Shown: positions 12,407-25,355, counted from the first letter of the stretch. The stretch is DNA of 64,000 nt from Octopus sinensis (GCF_006345805.1 NC_042999.1:80042001-80106000); one strand, 5' to 3'. Translations and numbers: made by a program. The notes: generated by a model from the letters alone, not told the origin.

Positions 12407-14389
12407 TTACTTACTGCTCGCGAAAGTTTTTGCTTTCTCCTCCGTTGGTTTGTCCTCGAGAAGATCCCAGTACAGTTTCTTTGTGAGATATTTTTGGCAT
12501 TTACCAACCGCACTGGGGAAAATGCCTTTGAGTGTGTGGTGCAGACTTTTGGAGATGTGTAATATTTTGATGTGGTCTGGTGGTGTTGTGTGTATGGGTG
12601 ATTGTTTGTTTTTATGTCATCTTCTGTTATGTTTGTTTTGATTGGATGTATTCCATCAAATTTGTGTTTTTGGTGTCTATGGCTGTGAGCATGTTTGCTG
12701 TATATGTTTTTGTGGTGTTGGTGTGGCTGTTGTTTGCGTTGGGTTTTGAAATGTCTTCGGGAGATGTATTTCCCCCTGCTTTGTTCGTGTTTGCATTTGG
12801 TTTGGTTGTGTTTCCTCTCCTTATTTTCCTTCTTTTTGTAGCTATTTGCCATTCCTCACTGGTTTCGTCTTCCGACGAAATTTCTGAGGAATCAGAAGGG
12901 GGTAGGGGTATGTTGTGGGCTTCTATGTATGTCTGTGTAAGTGGTTGTGTTGTTGTTGGTTGTTGAGTGTTTGTGTGTGTTGAGTGCGGTATAAGGGATG
13001 GGGGATCAGTTTGTGTGTGTTTTCTTTGTTTTTCTGTTCCTTTGGGTTTTGCTGTTGATGGTGGTGTTGGTATTTTTTCAGGTGTCGAGTGGTTTTTGGT
13101 TGATGACGGATTAGCTTGGTGCTTCTCTTCTCTTGTCTTCTGTGTTGATGGTGGTGTGGGTAGTAGAGCTTTTTTTCCGGAGTGCTTTGGTTGTGGTAGT
13201 GGTTGTTGTTGTTGCTCTTGGTGTGCAGTGGTGGGCACGTCTTTTTCAAGTGTGTTTCGCTTCCACACAAATAGCAGCGTGGTCGCCTGCCCTCTACCAC
13301 TATATAGAGTTTGTAGCCTCCTGGCAGTTCTATAGCGGTGGGTATCTTCTCTCTTGCTGCTTCATCCAATTGAAGCAGGAATTCGATTGATTTGCCCACA
13401 TAGTCTTTCTCTCCTAGAACCGCGATTTCCAGGATGTTTGTCTCTGACATTGTCTCTGACATTTCAAAGCAGATGCAGAGACCAACCATTGTGTTTCGAC
13501 ATCAATGGTATGTTTTTTATTTGGACTTTCGTGACCCTTTTGTTTATAGACTGGTATCATTACCAAGTCGTCCGAATGCAGCTCCAATGTGGAAAAACGT
13601 TTTGCTAAACTTTCGTTGAGGAAACGTACTTGGACTGTACCAAATTTGTTTCCCCAACTGATATATTCCTTGGAGTCCCATACAGGACGAAGGCATTTAT
13701 CGATTTTTTCCTGCGGTGCATTTTCTGTTCTTCTTGTTTTTTTGTTTATTACTTTATAAATTATTGTTTTTTTTTGTGTGTTTTCCACGATGTGTTGTGG
13801 ATATGAAGGTGCAATTTGTCTCCTTCTTTGGAAGAGTGCCTTTGTGCGGTTTATCTCTTGTGTGGTGAATGTTACAATTGTTCTTTTTTGTTTTGTTACG
13901 TCCGCAAAATTCGTTTTGAATTTGGCAGTAGAAGTGTTAATTGTGGCAGTGTTAATTGAAGTCATGGTAGTGGTGTTGGTGTTGGCGGTATTAGCAGCAG
14001 AAGGCTTGGATGTAGCATTTGACGTCGTAGTAGTGGTGTTGGTGTTGGCGGTGTTGTCTTTGGTAGGCGGCTTTGTGCCAATTTCGTTGTTGTTGTTGTT
14101 GGTGGTGATGGTGGTGGTGCTGGCATTCATGTTTTCGTTTGTATTCATTTTTGAATCCCTTTCTCTGTCCCTTTATCATCAACAAGTGGGGTGGGGAGTG
14201 AGGGAATCTAATTTAATGTCTTTGGTCGCGGCGATGGTGAATGCGACGTTAGATTGTTGTTGTTGGTGGTGGTGGTGATGGTGGTGACAGCGTGTTCACG
14301 CTGCGATGTTTAGCAGCTAGTGGTAGCAATAGTGTTTTGCTACCGTTCTGCATGACTGGCGGGCTAGCCACGTGGTTTCTAGTTGCCAT
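12407..14389 (-). pseudogene. ORF1 of copy A: T/N-rich N-terminus, RRM-like region, single CCHC knuckle, basic patch; frameshifted
   Basis: ATG at 14389 (MATRNH, matching MATGHH of copy E). PVWDSKEYISWGNKFGTVQVRF; RPRCYLCGSETHLKKTCP (CX2CX4HX4C); EWQIATKRRKIRR. The C-terminal frame homologous to copy E ends at TAA 12407-12409. Confidence 0.85.
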
Positions 14390-14613
14390 TTTCAAAATGA
14401 AAAATGGCTAAAAAACCCACGAAAGTTTTGAAAGTTTTTTTGTAATTTCGCCCATACAGGGGCGGAATTCTACGTGAATAATTCTCAGGTTTTTTAGTGA
14501 ATGAACTTGCACAACAATTAAAACAAAATATTTGACAACAAGGAGTTTTAAACATGTAAAAGTGGCCAACTTACGTGGAGCCGATATGACTAGCGTCCGT
14601 CCATTGTGAGATG

Positions 14614-14717
<104 letters not shown>

Positions 14718-14742
14718 GGATAGATAGATAGATAGATAGATA

Positions 14743-16025
14743 TGTTTCTTTATTAGCCACACAGGGCTGCACACAGATAGAACAAATTACAAGGTAGAGC
14801 TTTTCTTTTGAAGGTTTAAAAAAAAAAAAAAGAAAAAGAAAAAATAGGAAGGGGGAGTTTCGATCAAAAGGGATCGTAAAAGGAGAGAAAGAGGACAAAA
14901 AAGGGGGGTTAAAAAAAAAAGGGGGGAGAGGAAGAAAAAAAAGAGAAAAAAAAAAAAAAAAATTGATCAATAGGGATCGTTATCACAGAAATGTCAATAT
15001 GAAGTGTAAAGGGGAGGACAGGTGAGGTTTACCCGTGGAAAGAAAAGCCTACGGAAAAGACCACGGTAACCTCGGTCAATGAAGTCACATGTTATATTTC
15101 TTTTTTTTTTTTTTTTTTGCAAATAAGCAACTCTCTGTTTTCAATTTCTGGGTTCATAGGATCATGCTCAAAGTGGCTTCGTCATTCATACGTGCCATTC
15201 TTGCTACATTCACCCATCTTTTTTTAAAACATTCGCTAGACAAAACTTGCCTCTCTACTCTCACTTTCCTTTTCAAGTGGTACTTGAAGAAGTTGATGAG
15301 AGATTGACCAGAGAGGAAAGTGTTTGTCTCCAATCCTTTCAGACGCGTCCACCAGATACATTCTTTCGCCATAGCCACAAGGATGATGAAAATAGCTCTT
15401 CGTTCCCGTTTGAAGGAGGGAGGTCGTGCGTGACAATATTAACGATAGACTCAGCTGATAAACCGACTCGTCCCACACGTGACAGCAGTTGTTCGACATA
15501 AGCCACAGGTCGGAAAGTGTTGGACACTGCACGAGTGCGTGCAGAACGGTTTCGTCGCTCTGACCGCATCTCGGGCAGGTCGGCCCCGTGTTTCTCGAGC
15601 CGTGTCTGTAGAGCTTATCCCGAACGGGTAGCGCTTCTCGGTAGCACTGCCAGGCCAGGGATCTCTGGAAGTTGTCCATGGGCCTGGCCCGAAAGTCGTC
15701 CTGAACAGGCGGGTCAGGTACTCCTCCTCGACGTCCAGGTTCGCCCCGAGCTCGTCGTCGTACCTCCCCTCCACTAAACCCCTATAGAATGCTTTGGTTG
15801 TGTGTGAAGTCACTCAAGGTCGACCCAGGACGGCAGAGTTGCTTGAGAGCAACGCGACACTCGCGGTGCCATTCGCCCTTCTTCGGCCTCTTTTTGATCC
15901 ACGACTGCAGTTCGGTCATGGAGACGAGCTGCGGGAAAGCGTGCCTCACAAACGGCGACCACGCCTGTTCACCGTCGTCTACATAGAGCCAGAGATGTCG
16001 CAGTCTCAGCGCGTGTCTGCGCATC

Positions 16026-16026
<1 letters not shown>
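14743..16026 (-). mobile_element. Tx1-like copy B, 5'-truncated (~1.28 kb)
   Basis: Same 3' end as A; contains the ORF2 C-terminus from [10 protein letters not shown] onward; GATA on both sides. Confidence 0.93.
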
Positions 16027-16070
<44 letters not shown>

Positions 16071-16082
16071 CATAGATAGATG

Positions 16083-16121
<39 letters not shown>

Positions 16122-16122
16122 G

Positions 16123-16182
<60 letters not shown>

Positions 16183-17607
16183 TGTTTCTTTATTAGCCAC
16201 ACAGGGCTGCACACAGATAGAACAAATTACAAGGTAGAGCTTTTCTTTTGAAGGTATTAAGAAGAAAAAAAAAAAAAAAAAAAAAAGGAAGGGGGAGGTT
16301 CGATCAAAAGGGATCGTAAAAGGAGAGAAAGAGGACAAAAAAAAAAAGAAAAAAAAGGGGGGGGAGAGGAAAAAGAAATGATCAATAGGGATCGTTATCA
16401 CAGAAATGTCAATATGAAGTGTAAAGGGGAGGACAGGTGAGGTTTACCCGTGGAAAGAAAAGCCTGCGGAAAAGACCACGGTAACCTCGGTCAATGAAGT
16501 CACATTTTATATTTCTTTTTTTTTTTTTTTTTTCAAATAAGCAACTCTCTGTTTTCGATTTCTGGGTTCATAGGACTATGCTCAAGGTGGCTTCGTCATT
16601 CATACGTGCCATTCTTGCTACATTCACCCATCTTTTTTTAAAACATTCGCTAGACAAAACTTGCCTCTCTACTCTTACTTTCCTTTTCAAGTGGTACTTG
16701 AAGAAGTTGATGAGAGATTGACCAGAGAGGAAAGTGTTTGTCTCCAATCCTTTCAGACGCGTCCACCAGATACATTCTTTCGCCATAGCCACAAGGATGA
16801 TGAAAATAGCTCTTCCTTCCCGTTTGAAGGAAGGAGGCGTGACAATATTGACGATAGACTCAGCTGATAAACCGACTCGTCCCACACGTGACAGCAGTTG
16901 TTCGACATAAGCCCACAGGTCGGAAATTGTTGGACACTGAACGAATGCGTGCAGAACGGTTTCGTCGCTCTGACCGCATCTCGGGCAGGTCGGCCCCGTG
17001 TTTCTCGAGCCGTGTCTGTAGAGCTTATCCCGAACGGGTAGCGCTTCTCGGTAGCACTGCCAGGCCAGGGATCTCTGGAAGTTGTCCATGGCCCTGGCCC
17101 GAAAGTCGTCCCGAACAGGCGGGTCAGGTACTCCTCGTCGACGTCCAGGTTCGCCCCGAGCTCGTCGTCGTACCTCCCCTCCACTAAACCCCTATAGAAT
17201 GCTTTGGTTGTGTTGAAGTCACTTAAGGTCGACCCAGGACGGCAGAGTTGCTTGAGAGCAACGCGACACTCGCGGTGCCATTCGCCCTTCCTCGGCCTCT
17301 TTTTGATCCACGACTGCAGTTCGGTCATGGAGACGAGCTGCGGGAAAGCGTGCCTCACAAACGGCGACCACACCTGTTCACCGTCGTCTACATAGAGCCA
17401 GAGATGTCGCAGTCTCAGCGCGTGTCTGCGCATCATCAACCACGGCATGCCCAGCCCTCCTTTTAACGGGTGTTGACAGCAAATGGATCGCCTGACCATC
17501 GGGACGCATCCTTTCCACAAGAAGCGAAAGAGGATGCGTTGTAGTTTGGTGATGGTAGGGTCGGGACAAGGTACGACGGTCAGGCGGTAGTAGATGACGG
17601 ACGCGAT
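16183..17607 (-). mobile_element. Tx1-like copy C, 5'-truncated (~1.43 kb)
   Basis: Same 3' end; ORFs 16753-17520 and 16568-17089 match the ORF2 C-terminus of A; GATA on both sides. Confidence 0.93.
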
Positions 17608-17628
17608 AGATAGATAGATAGATAGATG

Positions 17629-17671
<43 letters not shown>

Positions 17672-17672
17672 G

Positions 17673-17727
<55 letters not shown>

Positions 17728-17768
17728 GGATAGATAGATAGATAGGTAGATAGATAGATGGATAGATA

Positions 17769-18804
17769 TGTTTCTTTATTAGCCACACAGGGCTGCACAC
17801 AGATAGAACAAATTACAAGGTAGAGCTTTTCTTTTGAAGGTTTAAAAAAAAAAAAAAAAAAAAAAAAAAGGAAGGGGGTTTCGATCAAAAGGGATCGTAA
17901 AAGGAGAGAAAGAGGACAAAAAAAAGGGGGGGTTAAAAAAAAAAAAAAAAGGGGGAGAGGAAAAAAAAAAAAAAAAAAATTGATCAATAGGGATCGTTAT
18001 CACAGAAATGTCAATATGAAGTGTAAAGGGGGGGACAGGTGAGGTTTACCCGTGGAAAGAAAAGCCTACGGAAAAGACCACGGTAACCTCGGTCAATGAA
18101 GTCACATTTTATATTTCTTTTTTTTTTTTTTTTTTTTTTTGCAAATAAGCAACTCTCTGTTTTCGATTTCTGGGTTCATAGGACTATGCTCAAGGTGGCT
18201 TCGTCATTCATACGTGCCATTCTTGCTACATTCACCCATCTTTTTTTAAAACATTCGCTAGACAAAACTGCCTCTCTACTCTCACTTTCTTTTTCAAGTG
18301 GTACTTGAAGAGTTGATGAGAGATTGACCAGAGAGGAAAGTGTTTGTCTCCAATCCTTTCAGACGCGTCCACCAGATACATTCTTTCGCCATAGCCACAA
18401 GGATGATGAAAATAGCTCTTCCTTCCCGTTTGAAGGAAGGAGGCGTGACAATATTGACGATAGACTCAGCTGATAAACCGACTCGTCCCACACGTGACAG
18501 CAGTTGTTCGACATAAGCCCACAGGTCGGAAATTGTGGACACTGAACGAGTGCGTGCAGAACGGTTTCGTCGCTCTGACCGCATCTCGGGCAGGTCGGCC
18601 CCGTGTTTCTCGAGCCGTGTCTGTAGAGCTTATCCCGAACGGGTAGCGCTTCTCGGTAGCACTGCCAGGCCAGGGATCTCTGGAAGTTGTCCATGGGCCC
18701 TGGCCCGAAAGTCGTCCCGAACAGGCGGGTCAGGTACTCCTCGTCGACGTCCAGGTTCGCCCCGAGCTCGTCGTCGTACCTCCCCTCCACTAAACCCCTA
18801 TAGA
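17769..18804 (-). mobile_element. Tx1-like copy D, 5'-truncated (~1.04 kb)
   Basis: Same 3' end; ORFs 18359-18790 and 18294-18584; GATA on both sides. Confidence 0.93.
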
Positions 18805-18806
18805 TG

Positions 18807-18845
<39 letters not shown>

Positions 18846-18886
18846 GGATAGATAGATAGATAGATAGATAGGTAGATAGATAGATG

Positions 18887-18951
<65 letters not shown>

Positions 18952-19270
18952 CTTTCTTTTATTAGCCACACAGGGCTGAATACAGAGGGGACAAATACAA
19001 ATGCAGAGCTTTTCTTTTCGAGGGTGGAAAAATAGAAAACGTAAGATTGCGATCAAAAGGGATCGAGAGGAGGAAAAAAAGAAAAAAAAAAAAAAAAAAA
19101 AAAGAAAAAAAGGAAAATCGTGTATCACAGAAATAATGGTGTAAACATTGATATAACAAGATTGGGTTCATCCGTGGGAAGAAAAGCCTACAGAAAAGAC
19201 CACGGAACCCCAGTCAGGGAGGAAATAAACACATGAGGTCAAAAATGCTCTCTTTCTTTCTTTTTACGAT

Positions 19271-22200
19271 CTACAGGATCATGCTCAAAATGGTTTCGTT
19301 ACTAGCACGCACCATCTTTGCAACATTCACCCATCTTTTTTTGAATCTTTCGCGAGACAAAACTTCCCTCTCCATTCTCACCTTCCTTTTCAAGTGGTAC
19401 TTGAAAAAGTTGATGAGCGATTGGCCAGAGAGGTAAGTGTTTGTCTCTAATCCTTTCGCTCGAGTCCACCACACACATTCTTTCACCATGGCCACCAGTA
19501 CGATGAAAACTGCCTTGCCTTCCCGGTTGAGGGAAGGGGGCGGAGCAATACTCACGATAGACTCGGCCGATAGGCGGATTCGTCCCACACGTGACAGCAG
19601 CCGTTCGGCATAAGCCCACAGGTCGGAAATGGTTGGACATTGCACGAGTGCGTGCAGAACGGTTTCGTCGCTCTGACCGCATCTCGGGCAAGTCGGTCCA
19701 GTGTGTCTGGAACCGTGTCTGTAGAGCTTATCCCGAACAGGTAATGCTTCTCGATAGCACTGCCAGGCCAGGGATCTTTGGTGATGTTCATAGGTCCCGG
19801 CCCGAATGTTGTCCTGAACAGGCGGGTCAGGTGTTCCTCGTCGACGCCCAGACTCTGCCCGAGTTCGTCGTCGCACCTCCCCTCCACTAATCCTCTATAG
19901 AATGCCTTTGTTGTGATGGAGTCGCACAAGTTCGATCCCGGACGGCAGAGGCTTGAGAGCAACGCGACACTCGCGGTGCCATTCGCCTAGCCTCGGTCTC
20001 TGCTTGATCCATGACTGTAGTTCGTCCAAGGAGACGAGCTGCGGGAAAGCGCGCCGCACAAAAGGCGACCACCCCTGTTCACCGTTGTCTATGAAGCGCC
20101 GGAGATGTCGCAGTCTCAGCGCATGTCTGCGCATCATCAACCACGGCATGCCCAGCCCTCCATTTAGCGGGTGTTGGCAGCAAATGGATCGCCTAACCAT
20201 CGGAACGTTTCCTTCCACAAGAAGCGGAAGAGTATGCGTTCCAGTTTGGTGATGGTAGGGTCGGGACAAGGCACGACGGTCAGACGATACTCGATGACGG
20301 ATGCGATGTACGCGTTCGCCACCTCCGCCCGACCTTTTAGGGATAGCTTTCTCTCAGTCCATTTCTGGGTGAGAGTAGCCACCCTAGTCGTTATCTCGCC
20401 CAGTTCTTCTCCATTTGGAGGTCCGGACCGAACCAGACCCCGAGCAATTTAACCGGTCCGTCCGTCCAGCGTCCCACGATGGAGACCTTGTTGGACGGCA
20501 TGGGCTTGCTTCTCCAGGTGCCGAGCCGCAAGCCCACTGACTTTTCCCGGTTAATTTTTGCTCCCGTTACCGCTTCGTATTCTTTCAGTGTCTCGCCGAC
20601 CAGCTCGATGTGCTCGTAGCTCGACACTATGACGGTGACGTCATCCGCGTATGCAGACACGCTCCTCCCGCATCCCAGCTCAGCGTCGCCAGTTTCCGCA
20701 GTAGTGGCTCAAGAGTCAGTACATACAGCAGCGATGAGAGGGGGCATCCCTGACGAACCGAACGCATGATGTTAAAAGGTCTGGATAGATGACCATTTAC
20801 GCGAACTACTGAGCGGATGCCGCTGTATAAGGCAGCGATCCAACCGCGGAAAACTGGACCGAAACCAGCCGCTTTGAGGACAGCCTCCAAGTAGTGATGG
20901 TCTACCTATCGAAGGCTTTTGATTGATCCAAATTGATCAGCGCCCCACCCATGCCAGGATTTTTAACTACCCTGTCTATGATGTAGCGCATCAGATGGAG
21001 GTTGTCATGAATACTTCTACCGGGCAGGCGCATGTTTGCGCCTTGTCGATTAGTTTCTGATGACAAGCGCCAAACCTCTCGGCTAACACCTTGGCCAAAA
21101 TTTTCAAATCTGCGTTGAGCAGAGTGATGGGCCTGAAATTATCTATGACGTCCCCCTGTTTGGGTCTTTCTTGATCAGTGCCACTGCTCCTCGCTTTACA
21201 AAAGCAGGAATACTCCCGTTCTGCTGCCAGTTGCAGTAGACAGCTGCCAAGACGCCTCCAAACAAGTCTGGCATATGAAAATAAAATTCGTGGGCAGACC
21301 ATCCAAGCCTGGTGACTTGTCTCTCGCGCAGCCTACCATCGCATCCTGTACATCCGCCAGCTGTGATAGGCTTTTCACAAGACTCCACCTCCCTTGCTGA
21401 GAGTCGTGGCAAGGCATGCAGGTAGGCACTAAAGTCCACTCTGCTTTCTGACTCACCACTTGTCCCAAACAGTGGGTGAAGTGTTGTTGAAAAACCCCAC
21501 ACACTTTTAGGCTCGAGCAATTCGCGCCCCGTTCATCTATAAGAGACTTGATGGTGGCTCTGTTGCCTCGTTGCGTCTCCACCACTCGGGCCTCTTGGGC
21601 GGCTCCAACTCCTTCGTTCCTCAGAGCACGCCATCCTAGCTCTGACAACGCATCCCTCGTGTTTGGCGTTGAGGTGTTGGTCGAGGGCCAATCTCGCCGC
21701 CAGTACGTTGGACGCGATGCCAGTTCTAAGTGCCTCTTCTAAAACCTTAACTAATTCTCCCTCTATTCTATTTCGGTCTAATGCTAGGGCTCTACTGTAT
21801 CTGACTGATTCTGCTTTAATCGCTTTTTAGGGCATACCACCATCTGTTGTTGATGATGGTACCCGTCAAAGCTCTCTTAACTAATGTGCTGATCCGGTCC
21901 CTGTAAACCTGTCGTGCTGTAAAAGACGCGTTCAGTTTCCAGTAACCAGGATCCTGCCTATGTGTCTTATCTAAGTCAAGTGTACAAGTCACAACTTGTG
22001 ATCTGTGTAACTGACTATATGAAATTGTGGACAACCTACACTATTTTTATCTATTGTCCTACAGAATACTCTATCTAAGTATGATCTGGACGACCCGATG
22101 CGGTTACTCCATGTCCACATTGGCACATTCGGGTGGGGTCCAGTCGGTACCTGTCAGACAGTTGGAAACGTCTGAGCAGGTCTTTGAGGCATTTGCATCC

Positions 22201-22678
22201 CCTTCTATTGCTATCTCTGCCACGTAGTCTAGATGCGTGTCCAGGGTGGCATTCCAATCCCCCACTAAAAGTAAAGGACGAGACGTTCCCATGAAAGACT
22301 CTAGACGTCGAAAGAATCTGGTCGGCCTGTTAAGGACGGAGCATAAACTGCTATCAGTCGAAAAGCACACTCATTGCTGCCATCGACATCCAAAACGACC
22401 AGCCTACCCTCCGGGTCTAGGAAATTTGCTCTTACTTTGAGATCCAGACTCTTCCGGATAAGCACCGCGGTGCCACCTCCGCCCATTCTCGGTAGACACG
22501 GAGAAAAATAAATGTTGAAATGTGTACCGAAAATGTGCTGGAGTGCCCGCAAGCTGTGGAGTCTGGTCTCACTGGTGGCTATGATATTCAGATTTAGTGA
22601 CTTGATGTCATTTAACAGGTAGCCTTGTTTCCAAGGCGACCCCAAGCCACGTACATTTATACTACCTATTCTGAGCAT
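19271..22678 (-). pseudogene. ORF2 of copy E: APE + RT + Cys/His finger, frameshifted as assembled
   Basis: MLRIGSINVRGLGSPWKQG, ETRL, VYAP, VGDWN, NFRPITLLNADLKILAKV, SVRQGCPLS, SAYADDVTV, CPRCGQSDETVLHALVQCP. Confidence 0.92.
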
Positions 22679-22720
22679 GTTCCGATAAAAGTGTAAAAAA
22701 GGAAAAGGAGAGAGAAAAGG

Positions 22721-24851
22721 TTACTTGTTTTTCGAAAGTTCTTTGTCTTTCACCTCACGGTCTTCTTCTATGAGGCTTTTATACAGTTTTTTTTCGATGA
22801 GTACTTTTGAAATCTCCCTACTGCATCAGGGTAAAGAGATTTCAGGGTGCTGTATGTGTTCTGTGTCACGTGTATTATTTTAATGTGTTGTGGTGGTGTT
22901 GTGTGTGGGTGGTTACTTGTTTTTATGTCGTTTTCAGTAATGTTAGTGTTTGACCTAATGTGTTCCATTAGTCGTGGTTGTTTGTGTTTATGGCTGTCAA
23001 CATTTTTGGGGGTTGATGATGGTGTGTTTGTGTTGATGTGTGTGTTTTCTGTGGATGTTTTTGTTTCGGGAGTGGTGTATCTTCCCGCTTTGTTTGTTAT
23101 TTTTTTTTCTTTTTTTTTTTTCCCCTTTTTCTTCTCCCCCGTGGCTATTTGCCAATCTTCCGTGTCTTCTTCGTCTAATGACAGATCAGACGAATCGGAG
23201 TCTGGAAGAGGGAAAGTATTGGGGTCTATTGTCGACTGTGTTGGTTTTGTTGTTGGTGTTGGTTGGTGAGCGTTTGGTTGTGTGTATGCGGTTTTGGATG
23301 TGGGGTTTGGGTATTTTGTGTTTGAGTGATTGTGGGTATTGTTGTGTTGTTTAGGGTCTCAATTTTGTGGGGATTTGGAGTTGTAATTGTTTCTTCTTTT
23401 TTTCTTCTTGTCTTTTGGGTGTCTTTTGGCAGATGTCCTTGGTTTGGGAGTTGGTATATTCTTGGTTGTTGTTGTTGGTGATGCTGCAGTTTGGTGTGGT
23501 TGTTTGTTTGGTGAGGTTTGTTCCTGCAAAAAGTGGTGTGGGTAGTAAACCTTGTTTATTTGTTTTTGTTTCCGGCTGCTGTTGTTGTTGCTGTTGTTTT
23601 CTTGCGGCAGATTTGCAGTCTTTTTTGAGGTGTTGCTCACTGCCGCATATGTAGCAACGTGGTCTTCTGCCATCGACGACCACATATAACTTGTGGTCGT
23701 CTGATACACATATCTGGGTGGGTATTTTTTTTATATCTTCATGATGTATATGTAGAAGAAATTCTTTTTTTGTCCCACCCAGTTTTTTATGCTCTGTGAC
23801 TGTGGTTTCCAAAATAGTATAATTCGCCATTTTTACGCATAAGGCCTTTACAAGCCATAGACTATTGGCTATTTTGGGGACATTGTTTAGAGTGATCTTA
23901 GTCACTTTCTGTCCCCGATAGCTTGGTGTAAGTTGGAGTTCATCTGAGTGAAGAGTTAGCGTTGAGAAATGTCTAGCTAACTCATCGGTGTAGAAAACAA
24001 CTTGTATGTGGGCAAATTTGTTCCACCAGGTTACATATTCTTTGTGATCCCAGATGGGTTTCAAGCACTTCTCTATTTTGCTTGTGTTGGCCTTCTCTGG
24101 GATTTTTGTTTTTTTTGTTAACTATTTTATAAATGATTGTTCGTCTTTTTTCATTTTCCAAAATATCTTCTGGTATGTTTATTTTTACTATATCTTCTGA
24201 TTCTGTTATTTTGATGTTCGTGTCCTGTATTTGTTGAGCCGTAAAGTATATTGTTGTTTTTTTTTCTTTAATCGCCTCAGCGAAATTTGTTGTTGTTTTG
24301 TTATTGTTGTTGCTTGTGGTGATGTTGTTGTTGGCTGCAGTTTGTAAAATTGGTGTGTTTGGTTCGATCGTGCTAGTAGGAAGGGGTGGAAAATTGCCTG
24401 CGTACTTTAGTCCTGCACTAGGGCAAAATTCGACATTTCGTTTGCTTGTCGTCGTTATTTTTTCACTTGTTGGTGATGGAGTGAGCAGTGGTTGAAGGGA
24501 ATTGTTTTTGTTGTTATTGTCGTTCTTGGTGACGGCGGTGGTGTTGGTAGTATTAGTAGCATTGACGGCACGGTCTTTGGTGGCGGTGATGGTGATGTTG
24601 GTGTTGTTATTGGTGGCGATATCTTTAGTAGGGATAGCAGTTTTAGTAGCAAATTCTGCCATGGTGTTGGTGGTGGTGGTGGACTCACTGATGGTGTTGA
24701 CGGTGCTTGGCCTTGCGACCTTTGTTTTGTATTTGTTGCTGTTGGTGGTGGTGGAGTTGTCAGGTTCGGTGTATGCTAACAGAGCATCCTGTTTTTCTGT
24801 TTCTGCGTCACGCTTGACTTGGAACTCAGCCTCGTGGTGGCCAGTGGCCAT
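22721..24851 (-). pseudogene. ORF1 of copy E
   Basis: ATG at 24851 (MATGHH); T/N-rich N-terminus; KPIWDHKEYVTWWNKFAHIQVVF; RPRCYICGSEQHLKKDC knuckle. The end is placed at the AAG-TAA-CC motif shared with copy A (inference). Confidence 0.82.
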
Positions 24852-25085
24852 TTTGGAAATAAAATGGCTAAATGAAACCACGAAGGCTATGAGAATTTTT
24901 TCTTTTAAATTTTGCCCACAAGGGGCAAAATTTTGTGTCGATATTTATCAAAGGTTTACAGTGGATGTTGTTGCACAACTTTTAAGCACAAAATGTTTGT
25001 CAATATACACTTTTAAATAGTCAAAATAAATGATTACCTTCGGAGCTGAAACGACATCACATCCGTCAGAGAGAGAGAGAGAGAG

Positions 25086-25234
<149 letters not shown>

Positions 25235-25355
25235 TACACATGGTTCCGGGTTCAGTCCCACTGCGTGGCACTTTGGGCAAGTGTCTTCTACTATAGCCTC
25301 GGGCCGACCAAAGCCTTGTGAATGGATTTGATAGACTGAAACTGAATGAAGGCCA

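Larger units (their letters stand above)
8690..14612 (-). mobile_element. Full-length L1/Tx1-clade non-LTR retrotransposon, copy A (~5.9 kb), in (GATA)n
   Basis: 5' UTR, ORF1, ORF2 and a 3' UTR ending GGCTAATAAAGAAACA|TATCTATC; GATA tracts on both sides. Confidence 0.93.
18951..25067 (-). mobile_element. Full-length Tx1-like copy E (~6.1 kb), diverged second subfamily, in (GATA)n
   Basis: 3' end GGCTAATAAAAGAAAGT|TATCTATC; ORF1 and ORF2 homologous to A but clearly diverged; the 5' end joins (TC)n then (TATC)n. Confidence 0.92.
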
